Counted from the first letter of the stretch, positions 36,117-47,393 are shown. The stretch is 64,000 nt of DNA from Eubacteriales bacterium (GCA_045577925.1 JAZNJH010000008.1:15973-79972), one strand, 5' to 3'. Numbers and translations: made by a program. The notes: generated by a model from the letters alone, not told the origin.

Positions 36117-38270
36117 TTAGTCTCTTGCAGTGAAATTTACTGAATATGAATCAAGCTTGTTTTCAAGCACAACCTTAACATTGTTGCTGCCACCGTAAAC
36201 ATTGAGCTTGAATGTACGCTTTTCGGGTCTTCCTTCATAATCCTTGTCGGGAGCTGAAATTGTAACAACAGTTTCGTTAGCCTTTGCCGAGCAGGTAATT
36301 ACAGTTTTGCAAGCCTCTGTGTTTTCATATTCGAGTGAAATCATATCATCTTCACGTAAGATGTATTCGGTATCTCCCTCGGGGTATATATCAAGTTCAA
36401 TGATGCTCTTATCATAGTCACGGATACACTGGTGTTCTGTGCCGGCGCAGGGAATAATAGCACCACGCTTAACAAAGAGCGCACCGCCTGTATGCTTGGG
36501 GAATACAGCAGGTATAGTCTGATTACCTTCATAAATCTTGCCTGTCCAGTAGTCCTCCCATTTGCCTTCAGGAAGAGTTACAGTATCGCCGTAAGCACAA
36601 ACCATAATAGAGGGACCGAACATATACTGTGTTACACAGTCAAACGTAGGTTCAAATTCGGGGAATGCGAGAGGCATAGGTCTGATCATGGGAAGGGCCT
36701 CATCATGAGCTTCAAGTGCAGCAGAATAGATATAAGGATAAAGTCTGTATCTGAGTCTGTCGTAGAACTTGAACATTTCGTATAAATGCTCATCAGCATA
36801 CCAGGGCTGAGTCATACCTGTCCATGAGTTGTAGTGAGCCCACGGCACGAAGAAGCCGAAGTGGATACTTTCGGGCTTATATACATACATATCGATTGTA
36901 GAGTTGGATAAGCCTGTCATAGCAAGTGTTAAGAGCCAACACATAGCACGATGCTGACCGCCGTTGTCGCCTGTATTGAATGCGCTCCACTTTTGTGTTC
37001 CGATATAACCGCCGCAGTAGTGGTGCATAGGACGTGTGCCTAATTTTTCTGCAGTACCCTCGTAAACCTGCTTGGTAAGAAGTACCTGATTTAAGTTGTG
37101 CATGTGAAGCTGAGGTACGCCGTTAACATAGGTAAGCTCAGGATGGCATGTCCATACGTGGTCTGCAGGGTCAAGCTTGAAGCCGTCTATACCGTACTCA
37201 GTCTGAATGCCAAGGTGCTTGTACCAGGGCTCATACTGATTTTTGTCATCGCCTCTGTAAACTCTTTCAGCCTCGTCTGTAAGGTCATAGCTTTCACAGA
37301 ACCAAAGGGAAGTGTGAATACCCTTTCTTCTGAGAGCAGCAACGAAACTACCGGTAGTAGTACGTGACTGATACCATTCGGGCATGTGGAAGCGTTCCAT
37401 ATTCCACTGCGTTTCAGTAGAGAAATCATAGAATTGTGTCATCCATCCGGGTTCAATACTGAACATGTCAACAGGTACCTTTTCGCCTCTGAAACGTTCA
37501 GCATCGTGTAAAAGTTCAAACTGGTTTGTGTTAATAGGTGCAACGTATGTAAGACCGTAAGCCCAGCCGGGAAGTACCATTGACTTGCCTGTAAGCTTAG
37601 TATAGCCTTTAAGGATTTCCTGATAGTTGCCGTAGAAAACAAATACGTCAAGATGATCATCCTCACCGCTGACGATTACCTTGTCATTATACTGTTCACA
37701 AATATCAACAAAGTGTCTTGCATTAGCATTTATAAGCATACCCCAGCCGCCGCTTGACATAAAGAAGGGTACGGGAATTTCATTGTACTGATAGAAGGTC
37801 CAGTTCTGATAAGCTCTGCCGCGAAGTTCAAGTTTGTTGCTTGAGCCTTCGCCGAGACCGTAGAAGCGCTCCTTATCTCCAACTTCAACAGAAATACCGA
37901 AGTGGTGACCGGGTTCATATAATCCGAGAGTCATATCCGGAGTACCGGTGCGGGGAGGAGCAGAACGGGAGTTAGGGTTACCCTCAGCCACTGTGCTGTT
38001 TAGCTTATAGTCTTCAAATTTATCCAAAAGATATTTTGAAGCATCTGACCAGAATTTATTGTCGTCATCAGGACGGAAATCAAACTTTAAAGTAAGGTCT
38101 CCTGCTTTTAAAACGCCGGTCTCTGCATCAAATGTGGCACCATCTGTTGCCTCTTCCACGGCGGCCTTTACTATGTCATATCTTTCGGTAAGAGTCTGCT
38201 TACCGTCGTAGTTTGCATCAGTAATCCTGAAAATGCCGTTTGCAATCTGCTTTCCAATAACTTTTTTCAT
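36117..38270 (-). CDS. Glycoside hydrolase family 31 protein (alpha-glucosidase/alpha-xylosidase-like), cytoplasmic
   Basis: 717 aa with no signal peptide. GH31-like catalytic region YGIDGFKLDPAD (nucleophile Asp) and WSAFNTGDNGG. Confidence 0.75.
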   Translation of the reverse strand: MKKVIGKQIANGIFRITDANYDGKQTLTERYDIVKAAVEEATDGATFDAETGVLKAGDLTLKFDFRPDDDNKFWSDASKYLLDKFEDYKLNSTVAEGNPNSRSAPPRTGTPDMTLGLYEPGHHFGISVEVGDKERFYGLGEGSSNKLELRGRAYQNWTFYQYNEIPVPFFMSSGGWGMLINANARHFVDICEQYNDKVIVSGEDDHLDVFVFYGNYQEILKGYTKLTGKSMVLPGWAYGLTYVAPINTNQFELLHDAERFRGEKVPVDMFSIEPGWMTQFYDFSTETQWNMERFHMPEWYQSRTTTGSFVAALRRKGIHTSLWFCESYDLTDEAERVYRGDDKNQYEPWYKHLGIQTEYGIDGFKLDPADHVWTCHPELTYVNGVPQLHMHNLNQVLLTKQVYEGTAEKLGTRPMHHYCGGYIGTQKWSAFNTGDNGGQHRAMCWLLTLAMTGLSNSTIDMYVYKPESIHFGFFVPWAHYNSWTGMTQPWYADEHLYEMFKFYDRLRYRLYPYIYSAALEAHDEALPMIRPMPLAFPEFEPTFDCVTQYMFGPSIMVCAYGDTVTLPEGKWEDYWTGKIYEGNQTIPAVFPKHTGGALFVKRGAIIPCAGTEHQCIRDYDKSIIELDIYPEGDTEYILREDDMISLEYENTEACKTVITCSAKANETVVTISAPDKDYEGRPEKRTFKLNVYGGSNNVKVVLENKLDSYSVNFTARD

Positions 38271-38361
38271 GTCATAATTCCTTTCGGCAATTTATGTATT
38301 TAAGTTATAATAATATTATCATAAGAATAGTAAAAAGTCAATAAAAATATGGCTTTTTTAA

Positions 38362-38396
38362 AAGAAAAAAGCGGTGACCAAACGTGTCACCGCTTT
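38362..38396 (-). terminator. Rho-independent terminator of ftsH
   Basis: aagcggtgac (38369-78) / gtcaccgctt (38386-95), with a T-run on the minus strand. Confidence 0.7.
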
Positions 38397-38406
38397 TGTG
38401 TAGATA

Positions 38407-40428
38407 TTATTTGTCGTTATTATCTGTAGGGCCTTCATCCTCAGCTTTGCCATCATCGCTTTTTCGAAGAGTGAATCCCGATGTCAAATCATTTTTTTCA
38501 GCTTCAGTAGTCTTTTTAGCTTCCGCTGCTTCACGTGCGAGCTTGTTCTCAAGCTCGCTCTTTTTGCGTTTTTCGGATTTCATTTCATCAAGCTCTTCAT
38601 GCGTGGGATTACCGTCCATAGCAGCCTTGAACTGAATATCATCCATTACCTCATATTTAATGAGAAATTCAGCAATAAAATCAAGCTTTTCTCTGTTAGC
38701 TTCAAGAATTTCACGCGCCTTATCGTATGCCGCAGAAATGATCCTCTTTATCTCATCATCAATAGTTGAAGCAGTACGCTCGGAATAATTCTTTTCGTTG
38801 TTAAAGTCACGTCCGAGGAATACGGAATCATTGCCATGCTCCGAACCGTATACAATAGGTCCGAGAGTGTCACTCATGCCGTACTTTGTAACCATGCTGC
38901 GTGCAATATTTGTTGCTCTCTGAATGTCATTAGACGCACCGGTACAAATATCGCCAATAACAATAGCTTCAGCAACACGTCCGCCGAGAAGTGTAACGAT
39001 CTCGTTTTCCATATCCTTCTTAGACATGTGAGAACGGTCCTCGATCGGAAGTGAAAGCGTATATCCTGCGGCTCTTCCGCTCGGGATAATAGATATCTGA
39101 TGGACAGGCTCATCGGGGCGTATGAATTTTGTAACAACTGCGTGACCTGCTTCGTGAATTGCGGTAATTTTCTTATCCTTGTCGTTGATAACTTTAGATG
39201 TCTTCTGGGGACCTACAATGCATTTTGTAGTAGCATCTTCAATATCATTCATTCCGATAAGCTGCTTGCCGCGTCTTGCCGCAAGAAGAGCAGCTTCATT
39301 GAGCACATTAGCAAGGTCTGCACCTGTAAATCCGATAGTTGTTTTAGCAACAATCGAAAGATCTACGTCTTCTTCAAAGGGCTTACCCTTTGCATGAACT
39401 CTTAGTATTTCAAGACGTCCGCGTGTATCGGGATAATCAACGGTAACCTGTCTGTCAAATCTGCCGGGTCTGAGAAGAGCAGGATCAAGTATGTCAGGAC
39501 GGTTGGTTGCAGCTATAACTATAATGCCTGAATGGGATCCGAATCCGTCCATTTCAACAAGAAGCTGGTTTAGCGTCTGCTCGCGTTCATCGTGACCGCC
39601 GCCAAGGCCTGCTCCACGGTGGCGTCCGACTGCGTCGATTTCATCAATAAATACAATACTTGCAGGATGCTTGCGGGCGGTGTCAAAGAGATCTCTTACT
39701 CTTGAAGCACCAACACCAACGTACATTTCAACAAAATCCGAACCGGAAATTGAGAAAAAGGGAACTCCGGCTTCTCCCGCAACAGCTTTTGCAAGAAGGG
39801 TTTTACCTGTACCGGGAGGTCCAACAAGAAGAACACCGTGAGGAATCTTTGCGCCAAGACTCGTAAATTTGGCCGGATCTCTCAGGAAATCAACTATTTC
39901 CTTAAGCTCTTCCTTTTCTTCATCTGCGCCGGCAACGTCAGCAAATGTAACCTTGTTTTTGTCATCAGTGATAATCCTTGCTCTGGATTTGCCGAACGAG
40001 TTGATTTTTCCACCGCGACCTCCTGATGCCTGATTCATCATAAAGATCCAGAATAAAACTATCAGGATTGCAACGATAGCGTAAGGAATGAGCATGAACC
40101 ACCAAGGAAGGGACACAGGCTGCTCAATGTCATACCATTCAATTATTCCGGCATTAAGCTGTTCATCGATCAGATCACCGTACATCTCCATAAAGAGGGA
40201 GTAGTCTCTGAGTGTAAACGTAAGTGTACGACCGTCTTTTGTGTATAATTTTATCTGGTCATTACTGGTTATTTCAAAGCTGTTGACCTGTTTGCTTTCG
40301 AATTCCTTTATTATATCACTGTATTTAGGTATAATATCGTCAGAATCCGAAAAAATCATTGCAGAAACGACAAGAATTACTGCCACAAGAACACCGTAAA
40401 ACAGCAATATCTTTGAATTGTTTTTCAT
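38407..40428 (-). CDS. ftsH: ATP-dependent zinc metalloprotease FtsH
   Basis: Two N-terminal TM segments, Walker [12 protein letters not shown] region, zinc motif HEAGHAV, and a long acidic/lysine-rich tail. Confidence 0.95.
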   Translation of the reverse strand: MKNNSKILLFYGVLVAVILVVSAMIFSDSDDIIPKYSDIIKEFESKQVNSFEITSNDQIKLYTKDGRTLTFTLRDYSLFMEMYGDLIDEQLNAGIIEWYDIEQPVSLPWWFMLIPYAIVAILIVLFWIFMMNQASGGRGGKINSFGKSRARIITDDKNKVTFADVAGADEEKEELKEIVDFLRDPAKFTSLGAKIPHGVLLVGPPGTGKTLLAKAVAGEAGVPFFSISGSDFVEMYVGVGASRVRDLFDTARKHPASIVFIDEIDAVGRHRGAGLGGGHDEREQTLNQLLVEMDGFGSHSGIIVIAATNRPDILDPALLRPGRFDRQVTVDYPDTRGRLEILRVHAKGKPFEEDVDLSIVAKTTIGFTGADLANVLNEAALLAARRGKQLIGMNDIEDATTKCIVGPQKTSKVINDKDKKITAIHEAGHAVVTKFIRPDEPVHQISIIPSGRAAGYTLSLPIEDRSHMSKKDMENEIVTLLGGRVAEAIVIGDICTGASNDIQRATNIARSMVTKYGMSDTLGPIVYGSEHGNDSVFLGRDFNNEKNYSERTASTIDDEIKRIISAAYDKAREILEANREKLDFIAEFLIKYEVMDDIQFKAAMDGNPTHEELDEMKSEKRKKSELENKLAREAAEAKKTTEAEKNDLTSGFTLRKSDDGKAEDEGPTDNNDK

Positions 40429-40495
40429 AAAAATTGGTACCTCTTAAAGTTATTTGTCATTAACGACAGGAGAAAAAACAGAACTGATTATCATC

Positions 40496-41044
40496 TTATG
40501 AATATACCTCTGGCTTAAGAACACCTATAAAGGGAAGTGCCCTGTAATTTTCATCATAATCCAAACCGTATCCGATAATGAATTCATCGGGAACGGTCAA
40601 GCCGCAGTAATCGGGAACAAATTCCACAACTCTGCGGGAAGGCTTGTCGAGCATAGTACAGGTCTTAACACTTTTTGCACCTTTTAACAGCAGATATTCA
40701 ACAAGGTAGGAAAGTGTTTTTCCACTGTCTATAATGTCCTCAACGATCAGGATATCCAGATCTGAGAGATCTTTTCTGTGAAGATCAAGAACGATGTTAA
40801 CCGTTCCGCTTGATTCGGTTGAGCTTCCATACGAGGAAACCTTCATAAAATCGATCTGTGTAGGGATACTCAGATGCTTCATCAGATCTCCCATGAAAAC
40901 AACCGCACCCTTGAGAATACATAGCATCAATAGATTTTTATCTTTGTAATCCTCGCTTATTTTAGTTGCAATACCCGATACTATATTTTCTATTTCTTCT
41001 TTGGAGGCAAGAACTTTTAAAACGTCATTTTTTGGCATTGTCAT
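40496..41044 (-). CDS. hpt: Hypoxanthine phosphoribosyltransferase
   Basis: PRPP motif LIVEDIIDSGKT; 182 aa; tilS-hpt-ftsH synteny. Confidence 0.9.
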   Translation of the reverse strand: MTMPKNDVLKVLASKEEIENIVSGIATKISEDYKDKNLLMLCILKGAVVFMGDLMKHLSIPTQIDFMKVSSYGSSTESSGTVNIVLDLHRKDLSDLDILIVEDIIDSGKTLSYLVEYLLLKGAKSVKTCTMLDKPSRRVVEFVPDYCGLTVPDEFIIGYGLDYDENYRALPFIGVLKPEVYS

Positions 41045-42483
41045 ATCCCTTTCTTTCGCTTCATATCTTTGCGATCAACAAAGAAGAATATTTGGCATTT
41101 TTCGTTGCTTTCAGGGTGAGTACCTGTGCGTGAGCGAAGCCCGGGTATCCATAAAATCCCGTCTTCGTCACAAACGAGTACAGTCGAGTTTCTGCGAGTC
41201 AGATCAGGTTCGAGTTCCCATAAAAGCTTTTTTAATTTCCTGTTTACACCGTTGATATTGTATATATCACCGGGCTTTCTTGATCTTAAAGACAAAGCAC
41301 CTTTAATTGTAGCAGATGTAATCTCAGTCTGTATAAATTTTTTGTAAATATTTTTAAATATTTCAATGTTTTCTTTGTCATCATTATCAAAACGAGCAAT
41401 TATGTCACCCGTTTCAGCAATTTCGTTTATACCGTACCCAAATGATATATTCAGTTCCAGGGCTTTACTTTGGGTATAATCTTTTAAAAAGAATAGGCTG
41501 CCGGATTCGATAGTTGCTGTAATACTATCTGGCAGATCAAGCCTTGAGTGCGGTTTTGCAACGTTGCATAGATCAAGCAGAGAACTTATATGAACCTCAA
41601 AAAATTCACCGCAACCCACTTTGTCAAGCATAATCGCAAGGACACGGGCTTTTATTGAATCGTGAAGATCATTAAAGCTATCAAGCGGTAGTTTTCCTGA
41701 ATTAAAATGCTTTGAAGCAAAGTCCTCTGCAACCTGATTAAGATAATCATTGTCGCGATTTAACGATAAGCATAGACGAGAAACGGCAGAATTTAGAGAG
41801 GGGTTTATATCACGCAAAACAGGCAGAACGTCGTGACGCAATTTATTTCGAGTGTAGTTCTTATCGAAATTAGTACTGTCTGTAATATATTTTACGCCGT
41901 TTTCTTCACAGTAACCACAAATCTCTTCTTTTGACGAAAATATAATCGGCCTGATTATATTTTCGCGCTTTGCTTTAATTCCGCAGATACCGGAAAGAGA
42001 ACTGCCCCTAGTAAGATTAAATAGTATGGTTTCAATATTGTCGTCAGCGTTGTGGGCTGTGGCAATATAAAACTCTAATCCTGTATTCTTACTTAAATTC
42101 AGCGCAATATCATTAAAAGCTTTGTAACGGACGTTACGCGCAGTTTCTTCGAGCCCTGTTTTGAACTTCTTGGCCAACGCCGGAACGTCAGCTTTAAAAA
42201 CCTCAAACAAAACCGAAAGATTTTTACATTCTTCTCTGCAGAATTCTTCGTCGCGGTCTGCTTCAGCACCGCGTATCATGTGGTTAACGTGAAGCGCATA
42301 TAGCTCGAAGTTGAATTTCTCGCGGTTTTGATGTAATAATGAAAGCAAAGCAGCAGAATCCGCACCACCCGAATATCCGAGGAGTATGCCGAACTTTTCT
42401 TTCGGTAACGATAGAGTCTGCATTACTTTGATAAAATCATTTTTTACTTTTTCGGAGCAATTTAAATTCATTTTAAATTTCAT
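41041..42483 (-). CDS. tilS: tRNA(Ile)-lysidine synthetase
   Basis: PP-loop GYSGGADS; 480 aa with the C-terminal TilS domain. The start is uncertain (alternative ATG at 42471). Confidence 0.9.
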   Translation of the reverse strand: MKFKMNLNCSEKVKNDFIKVMQTLSLPKEKFGILLGYSGGADSAALLSLLHQNREKFNFELYALHVNHMIRGAEADRDEEFCREECKNLSVLFEVFKADVPALAKKFKTGLEETARNVRYKAFNDIALNLSKNTGLEFYIATAHNADDNIETILFNLTRGSSLSGICGIKAKRENIIRPIIFSSKEEICGYCEENGVKYITDSTNFDKNYTRNKLRHDVLPVLRDINPSLNSAVSRLCLSLNRDNDYLNQVAEDFASKHFNSGKLPLDSFNDLHDSIKARVLAIMLDKVGCGEFFEVHISSLLDLCNVAKPHSRLDLPDSITATIESGSLFFLKDYTQSKALELNISFGYGINEIAETGDIIARFDNDDKENIEIFKNIYKKFIQTEITSATIKGALSLRSRKPGDIYNINGVNRKLKKLLWELEPDLTRRNSTVLVCDEDGILWIPGLRSRTGTHPESNEKCQIFFFVDRKDMKRKKGI

Positions 42484-43834
42484 CTCTCTGAAGAGTAAGG
42501 AATTTAGTATATTTTCCGATCCATTTCATTTTAACCGAATCGGTTGAACCATGACGGTTCTTTGCAACTATTACTTCAGCCAGATTCTGTTCCTCTGTCT
42601 GTTCTGTGTTGTAATAATCTCTGTGTAAAAACATTACAACGTCAGCATCCTGTTCGATCGCGCCTGAATCGCGGAGGTCGGAAAGCATTGGCTTTGAATC
42701 CTTGCGCTGCTCAGCACCTCTTGAAAGCTGTGCACAGCAAACAACGGGAATTTCAAGTTCTTTTGCAAGAAGCTTTAAATTTCTTGAAATATCAGAAACT
42801 TCCTGTACGCGGTTGTCAATCTTCTTGTCAGATTGCATCAGCTGAAGATAGTCGATAACAACAAGACCTAAGTTTTCAATTTTTCTGAGCTTAGCCTTTA
42901 CCTTAGAAACTGACATGCCGCTTGTATCGTCAATGTAAATGTTACACTTGCTCAAGGTTTCAGCAGCATGCGTAAGCTTTACCCAATCGTCTTTTTCTAT
43001 TTTACCCGAACGCAGAGCATAGCTGTCAACAAGCGCTTCACTTGAAAGCAAACGGAGAACAAGCTGTTCTGCCGACATTTCAAGGCTGAAAACACAAACT
43101 GCTTTCTCTGGATTTGCAAGTGACACCTGAGAAGCAATATTTAAAGCAAAGCTCGTTTTACCCATACCGGGACGCGCACCGATAAGCACAAGATCGCCTG
43201 CACCCATTCCAACGAGAACACGGTCAAGATCAGAGTATCCGGTCTTTGTACCCGTTGCACCTTCGTCGCTTTGAGAAAGCTGTCTGAGGCCTGTGAGAGA
43301 GGATACAAGTACGTCCTTAATATGCTTGAAATCGCTTGTTTCGCTACCTTGTATAAGCCTGAAAAAGCGATCTGCACTTGCTCTGAGAACATCGGTGACA
43401 TCATCGTATTTTTCGGTAAGAACCGTGTCTTCAACTTCCTGAGCCGCAGAAAGTAATTGCCTTAAAAGACTGTTATCGCGAACGATATTGGCATAATCCT
43501 TTATGTTCTTTGCCGAAGGAACTATCTGAGCGATTACTTTTATGTAATCGCTGATGTCGCGGTCTTTAAGAACTCCCTGCTTTGTAAGGGTATCAATTAA
43601 AGTTACAAGGTCTATCGTTCGGTTTGAAATGAACATTTCGTTCATGGCAAGATAGATCTTGGCATGATCGTCTATGTAAAAATCAGATGAAGTGATAATG
43701 CCAGCAACATCTTCGATAGCTCTGGGATCAATCAATATTGAACCGAGAACAGATTGCTCTGCCTCAAGCGAAAACGGAACTTTTCTTTGAGAAAGATCCG
43801 AATAATTGTTGTAGCCTTCTGTATTCATAGCCAT
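42473..43834 (-). CDS. dnaB: Replicative DNA helicase
   Basis: N-terminal PFSLEAEQSVLGS, Walker A GARPGMGKTSF, and the RecA-like C-terminal domain. Confidence 0.95.
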   Translation of the reverse strand: MAMNTEGYNNYSDLSQRKVPFSLEAEQSVLGSILIDPRAIEDVAGIITSSDFYIDDHAKIYLAMNEMFISNRTIDLVTLIDTLTKQGVLKDRDISDYIKVIAQIVPSAKNIKDYANIVRDNSLLRQLLSAAQEVEDTVLTEKYDDVTDVLRASADRFFRLIQGSETSDFKHIKDVLVSSLTGLRQLSQSDEGATGTKTGYSDLDRVLVGMGAGDLVLIGARPGMGKTSFALNIASQVSLANPEKAVCVFSLEMSAEQLVLRLLSSEALVDSYALRSGKIEKDDWVKLTHAAETLSKCNIYIDDTSGMSVSKVKAKLRKIENLGLVVIDYLQLMQSDKKIDNRVQEVSDISRNLKLLAKELEIPVVCCAQLSRGAEQRKDSKPMLSDLRDSGAIEQDADVVMFLHRDYYNTEQTEEQNLAEVIVAKNRHGSTDSVKMKWIGKYTKFLTLQRDEI

Positions 43835-43866
43835 TACGCGAATAAGTCGCGCTCTCCCGTAATTTA

Positions 43867-44316
43867 TTATTTGATATCGCTTACAACGATGTTAAGTTTT
43901 CCGATAACTTCAGGATAGAGCTTAACGTCAACACAATAAGTTCCAAAAGCCTTTATAGGATCGTCAAGCATAATTTTCTTTTTGTCGATCTTGATTTTAG
44001 AAACTTTTTCAAGCTCATCAGCGATATCCTTTGATGTAACCGATCCGAAAAGTCTGCCGTCAGGACCTGCCTGAAGCTTCAGCTTTATAACGATGGGTTC
44101 AAGTTTTTTTGCAAGCTCTTGGGCTTCGGCTCTTTCAACCTCGATCTTATGCTGTCTTGATGCTTCTTTGTTTTTAATATCGCTCATAGCTTTAGCATCA
44201 GCAACTATAGCAAGCCCCTTCGGAAAAAGGAAATTTCTTGCATATCCATCAGATACGTTTACGATCTCGCCCTTTTTTCCCTGTGCCTTAACATCCTGAG
44301 TAAGAATAACCTTCAT
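43867..44316 (-). CDS. rplI: 50S ribosomal protein L9
   Basis: [35 protein letters not shown] at 44316 has AAAGGA upstream. The ORF-track start at 44334 is a TTG. Confidence 0.95.
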   Translation of the reverse strand: MKVILTQDVKAQGKKGEIVNVSDGYARNFLFPKGLAIVADAKAMSDIKNKEASRQHKIEVERAEAQELAKKLEPIVIKLKLQAGPDGRLFGSVTSKDIADELEKVSKIKIDKKKIMLDDPIKAFGTYCVDVKLYPEVIGKLNIVVSDIK

Positions 44317-44340
44317 TTTTGTTTGTCCTTTCAAATATCT

Positions 44341-46359
44341 TTATTTAGAAGCAGTAGTATCAATATAAAGATCTATCTGCTCTTTAAGGGCAATAAGAGT
44401 TTCCTCGATCGTAGCGTCCTTTATCTGTGCCCCGGCAGATTCATAATAGCCGCCGCCACCAACGCCTTCGATAATTGATGCAACGTTGATTTTTCCGGCA
44501 GATCGTGCGGAAACGTGAATAACGTTATTAATTTCAAATACAGCAAAAGAAGCGTGAACTCCTTTAAGATCAAGGAGGATATCAGCAACCTTTGCTGCTG
44601 TGATCTTGTCATCTGAGTTTTGAGAAGAACGCAAAGCAGCTATTGCAAAATGCTCGCGGTATATTTTGGCATCTGCTGCACATACTGCAGAGCGCTTGTA
44701 ATCCTCAAGATTGCTTTCAAAGAAAGCCCGAGCATCTGCGGGAATGGCCCCCTCGCTTCTGAGATATTGACCTGCACTGAACGTGCGCACTCCTGTGTTT
44801 CTTGTAAACTGTTTTGTATCAAGCATTATGCCTGTAAGTAACAGTAAAGCTTCTTTAGGAGGAAGTGTTCCCATAGAAAGAGAGTGCTCTAAAAATTCAG
44901 CAACAAGCTCAGAAGCAGATGACGCGTAGGGTTCGATATATTCGATAGCCGGAGAAATAGATGGAGCATCTTTAACGTGCTGCTTGCTGTGGTGGTCAAT
45001 AATAATAACCTTGCCTGAATTGAGGGCAATATCGATAGACTCAAATCTTGAAGGATTATTAACGTCAACGATAATTGCAAGAGAATCGCTTCTTACAAGG
45101 TCCTGTGCAACCGCAGGGTCTACAAAAAGTGATTCGTATTCGTTTGAATTTAAATAATCAATACACACCTTTGCATTGATATTTTCTTTGTTCATTACAA
45201 TTTTAGGATTAGCACCGACGCTTAAAGCAAGACGAGCGATACCAATGCATGCGCCAATTGAATCGTAATCCGGGCTTTTATGCCCCATAATAATAACGTT
45301 ACTTGATTCTGATATGAGACTGCAGATCTTAGCTGCGGTCATGCGCGCTCTGACCTGGGTTGACTTTGACGTAGTCTTGACTCTTCCGTCAAAAGTAAGA
45401 TTTTCGCTGCCGTTGTTGTAAACAGCCGTGTCGCCTCCACGCTTGAGAGCAAATTCAAGAGCACTTTGCGCACCTGCTTCTCTCTGAGCGAGCGTGCCCG
45501 CAAAACGTGCGGCACCTATTGAGATAGTAAGCGAAAGATTTGTTTCGCCAACCTTTATATCATGTATTTTTTCGCGTATTCTGAATTTGTCTTCAATAAA
45601 CTTGTCAAGATAACGAGATTCAAAAACAAAGAGATATTTGTTGCGTTCATATTCCTTGATTATACCGCCAACCTCTGAAGCCCAGCTCTTGAGTATCAGT
45701 TCAACCTGATGGGTAGCTTCTCTTGTTTTTTCATGTACTGCCTGACTTAATTCATCGATATTATCAATGATGATATATGCGATTACCGTCTGCTCGTCAC
45801 ATAAACGTTTGTTAAGCCTTGAAAGCTCGGTATTTTCATTCCATATCGTAATATAATAAGGGCTGCTTTGAGCCTCTATTTTATAACCGGTGATCTTATA
45901 GTTTCGCTCAAACGCCTGGGCATCAACACCGCCGTTTTCGAGAGAAGATGCAATTTCATCAATTCTTACACTGCAAATCTCCTCGATGTTTCTCGGCATC
46001 TGCTTGTGAGTCTTCTGAATCAGGGAAGCGACAGAGTCGTTGCAATATATAATTTTTCCATTGTCAGAGCAGATAACGATGGGTAAATAAAGCTCCTTTA
46101 TAAACTGAAGCGTTATATTTTGTAAAATCGGGTCGTTAACATTTCCGATGCCGGAATTAAAGCGAAGCGAAAAGAATATAACAAGCTTGTCCGCAGCAAA
46201 ATACAGAAGCGTGTTGGCGGCAAATATGATAATTGCAGCCAAAAAACTGTTCATATCAGTAGCGGAAGTGATTACCGCGTAAACTATCAAAAGTACAAGC
46301 GTTATAAGAGGCTTTATGAATAGACTTGGTGAAAGAATCTGCTTGTCATTTTTTTGCAT
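44341..46359 (-). CDS. gdpP: GdpP/YybT-type DHH-DHHA1 phosphodiesterase (cyclic-di-AMP phosphodiesterase family)
   Basis: Two N-terminal TM segments, a PAS-like region, a degenerate GGDEF-like region, DHH motifs (GHKSPDYDSIGA, IIIDHHSK) and a DHHA1 domain. yybS-gdpP-rplI-dnaB synteny. Confidence 0.9.
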   Translation of the reverse strand: MQKNDKQILSPSLFIKPLITLVLLIVYAVITSATDMNSFLAAIIIFAANTLLYFAADKLVIFFSLRFNSGIGNVNDPILQNITLQFIKELYLPIVICSDNGKIIYCNDSVASLIQKTHKQMPRNIEEICSVRIDEIASSLENGGVDAQAFERNYKITGYKIEAQSSPYYITIWNENTELSRLNKRLCDEQTVIAYIIIDNIDELSQAVHEKTREATHQVELILKSWASEVGGIIKEYERNKYLFVFESRYLDKFIEDKFRIREKIHDIKVGETNLSLTISIGAARFAGTLAQREAGAQSALEFALKRGGDTAVYNNGSENLTFDGRVKTTSKSTQVRARMTAAKICSLISESSNVIIMGHKSPDYDSIGACIGIARLALSVGANPKIVMNKENINAKVCIDYLNSNEYESLFVDPAVAQDLVRSDSLAIIVDVNNPSRFESIDIALNSGKVIIIDHHSKQHVKDAPSISPAIEYIEPYASSASELVAEFLEHSLSMGTLPPKEALLLLTGIMLDTKQFTRNTGVRTFSAGQYLRSEGAIPADARAFFESNLEDYKRSAVCAADAKIYREHFAIAALRSSQNSDDKITAAKVADILLDLKGVHASFAVFEINNVIHVSARSAGKINVASIIEGVGGGGYYESAGAQIKDATIEETLIALKEQIDLYIDTTASK

Positions 46360-46394
46360 ATATTTAACCCTTTCGTTAAATTATTTAGTTGCTT

Positions 46395-47393
46395 TTATTG
46401 GATGGTACCTATGTTTAATTTATCAGTATAATGAGATTTTAAAGTATACGTAAGACCGCAATATGAGAGATAATAAACAATAACCTGAAGTTGCAAAAGT
46501 AAAAGAGAGATAATGAGGATAAAAATCGTGAATCCCGGATTTGCATGCTCAACTTTAAATTTGATATTTGCCAGATAATATATACCTGTAAATACAAAAA
46601 TCGGTGTAAGAACTGTAACTAAGTTAGTTGAGAGATGCGTATAGAAATGGATTTTATCGCTTCCGGACACGAAGAATACCGATATTACAACGCAAATTAT
46701 ATAGATCCAAACGCTTATGACCGAAGGCTTTATATCAACCATGCTTTTGCCTGAATATATTTTTTTGTCGCAAGCAATACGTGCCGCAGCAATGGTGGAA
46801 AAATAAGCAATACAAACAGATACAACAAAGGATGAAAGAACTATGCCGATGAGCAGTGCCTTTGCGTTAGATACAAGGATATCTGTGTTCTTGATTTCGA
46901 CTTTAAGGATTGTATTTACAATGTCTGCTAAAAGAGCGTAAGCTTTATCTATCTCAGCAGGAATGTTTTTAACAAATTCAATAAGGAAAGATATGCCACT
47001 TGTAAGTATTATTCCGGCTGCCCCAAAGACGAGAGTGCTTAATAGGTATGCTGATGTTGATATGAGAATTGTGTTTGAAGGACGCACCTTATACTTTACA
47101 GATAATCCTATTGCTCCGGCAAGAACCATATGAGGAAAAAGTAAAAGTGCAGCATCATAAGAATCGGTTAGTGCTATGAAAGCCGTAGATATAAGGCATA
47201 AAACTATTGCAAGATAACCGGTATGAGAAAATAACAGCGCAAATAAGGATACGGATATCACAGTTAAAAAAAACGATATGAAAAGCGAACTTATCATTCT
47301 GGTTAGTATTAAGGTTGCACAAGCAATTGTGAAATATATTAAGATACGCAATAAAAAGCTTGTATCCTTGGGAATTCTGGATTTTAAATTCAT
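46395..47393 (-). CDS. YybS-like polytopic membrane protein (DUF2232 type)
   Basis: 332 aa, about 9 TM, located immediately upstream of gdpP as in B. subtilis yybS. Confidence 0.7.
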   Translation of the reverse strand: MNLKSRIPKDTSFLLRILIYFTIACATLILTRMISSLFISFFLTVISVSLFALLFSHTGYLAIVLCLISTAFIALTDSYDAALLLFPHMVLAGAIGLSVKYKVRPSNTILISTSAYLLSTLVFGAAGIILTSGISFLIEFVKNIPAEIDKAYALLADIVNTILKVEIKNTDILVSNAKALLIGIVLSSFVVSVCIAYFSTIAAARIACDKKIYSGKSMVDIKPSVISVWIYIICVVISVFFVSGSDKIHFYTHLSTNLVTVLTPIFVFTGIYYLANIKFKVEHANPGFTIFILIISLLLLQLQVIVYYLSYCGLTYTLKSHYTDKLNIGTIQ

